64,000 bases of DNA from Paraspadella gotoi. Taxonomy: Eukaryota > Animalia > Chaetognatha. The notes under the pieces are model-generated. The model saw nothing but the letters and a program-made list of their open reading frames with translations, had not been told where the DNA came from and ran no database searches. Shown in pieces: positions 53,201-64,000 of this stretch (its first letter is position 1; every line of letters begins with the position of its first letter). Made by a program: the position numbers and the translations under genes. Location of the stretch: positions 18,244,005 to 18,308,004 of the forward strand of contig CM119268.1 in the NCBI GenBank assembly GCA_051294375.1, given 5' to 3'.

Positions 53201-54359
53201 CAAGAAGAAAACAATCTTAAATCTCCAATTTAATTTTCTGATAATATTTGTGATAAAATATAAATAATATTGAATAAATATGTTAGAGAAAATAGTTCAG
53301 CCTGTCAGTTTTAGAATAATATTTCAAAAATGAGGCTTCTCTTGGTAGTAAATACAATTTACACTCCCAAGTATTTTTTAGTCCCTAAATTTGTTTCAGT
53401 TTTCCCTCTCTCTCACTCTCTGACCTTCCCTCCTCGGCTCCCCCTTGTCCCAATTGCTGTAGTTGACCATCCGACCGTCGTAGGCCCAGACCCAGTCGGC
53501 GTCGTCATCGTGGACGGCGTTGGTGGCGCCGATCCAGACAGACGGCGCCGGAAGAGAGAGAATGAAAGCGGCGTCGGCGACGAGGGTTTGACTCACGGAT
53601 GAGGAGAGGATGATTCCCTGTGGATGGAGGGTGAGAGTGGGTGGGGGATGGTTGGTGGGGAATTGATTCATTAAATATCAATGTTAAGAAATCAAAAGAT
53701 AATTAACATATAACAAGACTCGACTTTCAAGTTGAATTACTATTATTTATAATAAAACGAAGCACAGAGAACAAAAAAGTAAAGTATCCGCTCGGTGAAC
53801 AATGATTTGCAAAGAAAACAAAATAGAGAAAAAGAAAAGAAAATCTACAAAGAAGGTCCACGCCGCAAATAAACTCGGCGGCTCATTGAGTACTTGGTCT
53901 AGGTACCTCGCTCAATCCCAACCAGGTGCCTACTTAACGGGATCCGTCAGCAATGCCCGCAACGGCATAAACCAACCGAGCAAAAAGTAAATAAATAAAT
54001 AAACAAATAAAAATAAAGCAATAAGCATAAAACATCTACGGATTTATATAGTATATATGTACATAAATTAAACACACAAACGACAGAAAAAGTCAACAAA
54101 CATTAGTCATTAACCTTAGTGTAATTCTCTTCTTTCTGATTCTCAAGACTCAAGAGTTTCCCTTTCATCTTTGAGCAAAAACCGATCGCTTCCTCCATCG
54201 ACATGACTCCGTCCTGCAGGCCCACGTAGTAGCAGGTGTCCCAATGGCCTGGCGGTCCCACGTGGGTGTACAGTTTGGACGGACAGGCCGCCTGGTTAAA
54301 AGTTGGGAAGGGTAAGTACATGTGAGACGTAGAGAGGTAGAGGAAGAGAGGTGTATAGA

Positions 54360-54452
<93 letters not shown>

Positions 54453-55025
54453 GTGATAGAAAGACATCCAGAAAGATAGACAGAAATATAGAAAGATTGA
54501 TTGATTGATAACGAAATGCCACCTGCGGCGTCCGATAATCTTCTCTAGTCAAAACATCGAGGATTTTCCTTTGAAGGTCGAGGTATTCGTCTCTTCGAGT
54601 CGACGACGCCACCGACGGAGGATTCGACGGGAGATTCCAAAGTTTTACTGGAAAAAGTTAAATTAAAAAGTCAAGATGACATCAAACCTAAGACGGTCAT
54701 AGCATCCGCCACCTGCGATGCTGATGACAGCCAAGGCGATGACCAGCAAAAGCGCCATCTGCAACGCGCACTTCATCGACGGACGATCGAACTTTTCCAA
54801 GAGTTTCGTCACTTTAGTGTCCGTCGCCATTTGTTGTTGTCTGAAGATGAGATTCATTTCATTTCATTTGATTGATGTATATATATATTTATATATATCT
54901 CTTAATGATTCATTCTGTTACTTGAGCCTGTGAACGTCGGCACTAGGACTTTCCTCCACGAGTTGTTCTTTGTCGTCGTCGAGAAGTCTTTGCGGACGGA
55001 CCATCGAAAACGAGACTCCCGCCAT
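47213..55025 (-). CDS. Type II transmembrane mosaic protein: TM - CTLD1 - CTLD2 - kringle - hevein-like - CTLD3 - CTLD4 with nested SRCR
   Basis: About 19 GT-AG exons from ATG 55025. TM ALQMALLLVIALAVISIAV; CTLD1 CYY..C..WIGA..YSNWDKGEP..CAEL..KWRTVRC..VVCE; CTLD2 CYLF..W..AQDYC..WLGA..WTVAPC..FVCE; kringle YRGTQATTRSGHPCLQW..NYCRNPNNETKPWC..WDFCHIPLC; CCS.(S)GYCG..HCKCLGCTDY; CTLD3 TWQDAREIC..FWVGL..FICE; SRCR VRLVGG..VCDDSWD..VVCRQLGY. Stop at 47215-47213. Apparent 1-nt frameshifts near 50610 and 50188. Confidence 0.88.
48674..48906 (-). mobile_element. Dispersed structured repeat A, copy 2, in lectin gene intron
   Basis: Colinear with 5744-5977, mostly substitution differences, unrelated immediate flanks. 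Confidence 0.75.
49001..49190 (+). mobile_element. Dispersed repeat B, copy following repeat A
   Basis: Diverged match to 6190-6411. Confidence 0.65.
53873..53933 (+). mobile_element. Truncated/deleted head of SINE-like element C
   Basis: ctcggcggctcattgagtac..taggtacctcgctcaatcccaaccaggtgcctac vs cccggtggctcattgagtaa..taggtaccggcttcaatcccaacccggtacctac. Confidence 0.55.
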
Positions 55026-55635
55026 CTTTGATTCTCTTTTGTTTTTTGTTTGTTTTTTTTTTTTACCTTTTTTTTTCGCTTTTCTTTGCGCTATTAACTC
55101 TCACAGTCACCCTCTGCCCGGTCGTTGTGACTTTTTTCTTTTCTTTTTCATTTATTGGAAAAAAATTTTTTTGAGGGTCGAGTATCACATTTTTGTTTCA
55201 CGAGCAGCCGATTTTGAGTAAAATCGATGAGTCTCGAACGCGTGACCTTTTGTTTCGTTCACGGCGCGACTGATCACTGTTTCAACGTTTGCTGCGTAAA
55301 AAATGATACATTGAAGCGATTATTGTTTTTTCTCGATGGTTGTGAGAAAATGTCGATTTGAGCACGAAATTTCAGAATTGAGAGGCGATTTACTACATTT
55401 TGAATTTAAACAAAGAAATCGAGAGAAATAAACTTATCTTTTTTAATCACTTCGTCGACGCAATAAGGAACTAAGCTATCATTAAGTTAGTTCTTCTTAT
55501 AAAGAAAAGAAAAGGAAGTTTTAGGAAAAACTTTTGAAAGAAAATAGAAATGCAGGGTAAATTTAATTATGAGCGGAAAAACCGCAGGAATAAAATTCAT
55601 CCTTATAAAACCGAAGCAGCTGGGAAGACGCCCGA

Positions 55636-55767
<132 letters not shown>

Positions 55768-56241
55768 AGAGAGACCTTGTTTATTTTTAAAGCTCTCCGG
55801 TGAGATGGTTATCGTTTTAATTATCCAAAGATGTCATTGAAAATTTGAAAAGGCCGTTTTTCTTCTACTGTTGCATGATTTGTATTCTTTTTATACAAGG
55901 TTCATGTTTTTTAACTTTTTTTTTCTTGAAAAAATGTGAAACTTTTAGGTTTATATTTATCGGTGTATTCTCCTCCCATATTATCCCATAGATTAACAAA
56001 CTCTCTGGATTAAAAATTAAAATACGTGTTTTTAAACTAGAATAAACATTGTACTCTTTTCGGCGAAAGGCTGCTAAATAGTTTTATTCTTAGCTATTCA
56101 TCTCAACTTAAAATCTCTATTTGTTAAGTAATCTAAGAGTTTTTGGTTATACAAGCTCGGCTCGTTCTTACCTACCGAGGTTTAATAGTTCCTTCTCCTC
56201 TCTTCCCTTTTGTGTCATCGGTTTTTACATTTTTTTGTGAC

Positions 56242-56351
56242 TTTATTTAATATCTATTTCAAGAAGAGTTAACACTTTTAACCACACATTATATTTATAT
56301 TTATTTAATATCTATTTCAAGAAGAGTTAACACTTTTAAACACACATTATA
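56242..56351. repeat. Tandem duplication of about 52 bp (58-bp period)
   Basis: TTTATTTAATATCTATTTCAAGAAGAGTTAACACTTTTAA(C/A)CACACATTATA occurs twice. Confidence 0.9.
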
Positions 56352-57587
56352 ATCCATTTTAGTTAAACCAAAGTCGACGATTGGCTCATTCGTTTTCGCT
56401 TTGAAGGATCAGAAAAAAAAAAGCGAAACAAAATCGAATCAAAACAAAACGAAAATTACGAGAAAAAAAATTTGACTGATAACAGAAACGAGGGGAAGAT
56501 AATCTATGTTGCTGACTGAAAAAAAAAGGAAAAGAGGTCGAGAAATTATCGGGGAGAAAATTTAAAAGATTCAACAGTGATATAATTGAATTATTGTTTT
56601 AAAATATATCAGTTTTAAGGCCGAACAAGCTAAGAGTTCGATATATAAAAAGAAACCCGATGATTTTTAAGACGTTTTCGATTGGAAACGATGATTTAAA
56701 CGAATTCTAAAAGTCAAGTAGGTTTTTTTTTTAATTGTTTTTTTTTTTGTGGATTAAACGAAGCGATGATAACTTAAGATGTGAGAAATAGCAAAGTGAT
56801 CAGGCAGATCATCAGGATGATAATGTCATAACATTTTTGTAATGCTCTATGATTTTTTTACCGACGTAGACAAATTATGCAATCACTGAACATAAAAAAT
56901 TTAAATATAAGTGACTTAGTTAAAAAGGGCATTTAGAACCAAGAGAAGCGGACGATACGACGCGAAATATTATTTGACCTCGCGTTGGATAGAGGTCAGA
57001 GTTATGGATATAAAAATTTTATGACCACCCATTAAGGGGACGAAGATGTTCAGGGAAAACGCGGATGGAAATTAGACCGGGTGGAGTCGTGAAAGATCGA
57101 AGCGACCGAGACGACGACGATGATGATGACGACGACGATGATGATGACGACGACGACGATGAAATCGACGACAATCAGAACGACGACGACGACGACGACG
57201 AAGAAGAAGAAGAAGGAACCAAAAGGCTCGACAAGGCGGCGACATCGGTTGACGACGACGATGGCGACGACAAGCTGCGCTAATTAAATTAATTACGAGT
57301 GAAAATTATAAATTAGACGAAAATTGATTGAGGAAACGAAAAAAAAATTAAAAAAAAATATGAGGATACGAACGAAATTTAGTTAAGTAAACTTGAAATT
57401 GAACGATCGAAAACGGAGAGTTTAATACAAAAAACAGAAGCTACGAATGAATTTTTTTTTATTTATTAATTTTACAATTTCTTTTCTCTCTCTCTCTTTC
57501 TCTCTCTATCTCTCTCTCGCCGTGTTTCCCCCCCGTCTGGTTAGAGGGTCATTACGTCACTGGAGTAACGGGGGGAAAGTAACCAAG

Positions 57588-57710
<123 letters not shown>

Positions 57711-58157
57711 CGGGCTCCGAGAAATATCGCGAATGTCAGTAAAGAAGAACCAGGTTTGAGCAAATAAGAAAAAGATGAAGAAACTGAAATGAAAGATTTT
57801 TTTTTCTTTCACAAAAAAAAAACTTAAAAAAATAAAAGAGTTGAGTGGAGAGAGAAAAGGGGAGAGGGAATTCAGTGGAACAATTTTTTTTGCCTCAAGG
57901 CCTGAGAGAATCGAAAAGGTCCGAAAATATTCGCAGAATTAATCTCTCTCTCTCTCCTTCTCTAATCTCTCTCTTCTCTCCCTCTTCTCTTCTCTCTTCT
58001 CCTCTCTCTTTCTCTGTGTGTGTCTCGTTTACAAACCAACCCAAATATAGACTTTTACGCGAGAAGACAAATAGACAACCACTTGCTCACTTTTTATCAG
58101 GAAAAAAATATTAAGACAGCTTCGAGGTGAGTTAAAACGGTGGCTGGATATTTGATC

Positions 58158-58225
58158 TTTGACCCGACACGCTTGGTGAACCTTGACCTTTGACCCGACA
58201 CGCTCGGTGAACCTTGAACTTTGAT
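58158..58225. repeat. 31-bp tandem duplication
   Basis: TTTGACCCGACACGCT(T/C)GGTGAACCTTGA(C/A)C occurs twice. Confidence 0.9.
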
Positions 58226-58635
58226 TTGGATTCTTGACCTTTCACTGTGAATCTCATGGATTCGGACCCTGTCTTTGGTTTCGCTTCATGGTTTTCTTTT
58301 TTCGTTTCGCTCGGTAAATTAAGTTGAACAAAATGGCTTTTTTACATTTAGGATTATCTTTTAACATTTATCTTGCGGTGAAGCGCGAACGAAATAAAAA
58401 TATGATTTTTCAAAACTCGAAAGACGACGCCTTTGTTGATCATTTTGACGACAACAACAACAACGAAGATGATTGTCCCTTTAAATCGTTAAATCGACAA
58501 TGAGGAATATTCCGTTGCCTCAACTCCCTCCAATCATATTCTTCCTGACACTCCCATCACCGTTATGTGAGATATGATGTATTAAAAATCATATCTCACT
58601 CATACTTTTCACCACTGCCCGTCACCAAAACTCAC

Positions 58636-64000
<5,365 letters not shown>

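Noticed and set aside
57065-57283. 72-aa acidic ORF
   Set aside because: Dominated by GAC/GAT/GAA triplet repeats, with no domain or convincing splice context.

Overview
Intron-rich animal (invertebrate-like) nuclear DNA, dense in (GA)n, (GAC)n and (AAAG)n microsatellites; most ORF-track entries are microsatellite noise. Spliced genes reconstructed by hand: (+) a 149-aa calmodulin-like EF-hand protein, a secreted discoidin (F5/8C)-like protein and a 3-LIM-domain protein with a GC-AG intron; (-) a PP2C-like (CG9801-type) phosphatase, a type II membrane mosaic receptor (CTLD-CTLD-kringle-hevein-like-CTLD-CTLD, with an SRCR domain nested inside the last CTLD), and a 5'-truncated, low-complexity scaffold protein with PP1-docking (GILK, KHVSF) and LD-like motifs. 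About 14.5-45.6 kb consists of direct and inverted re-copies of one locus (the 5' part of the PP2C-like gene, with an intronic tRNA-Ala-like sequence and a tRNA-derived SINE). It has 25-N gaps, heavy indel noise and PacBio adapter-like remnants, so it is most likely an assembly artefact. The best candidates for new biology are the nested SRCR-in-CTLD/hevein/kringle receptor and a hairpin-rich, tRNA-headed dispersed element. All analysis was by eye; no searches were run.
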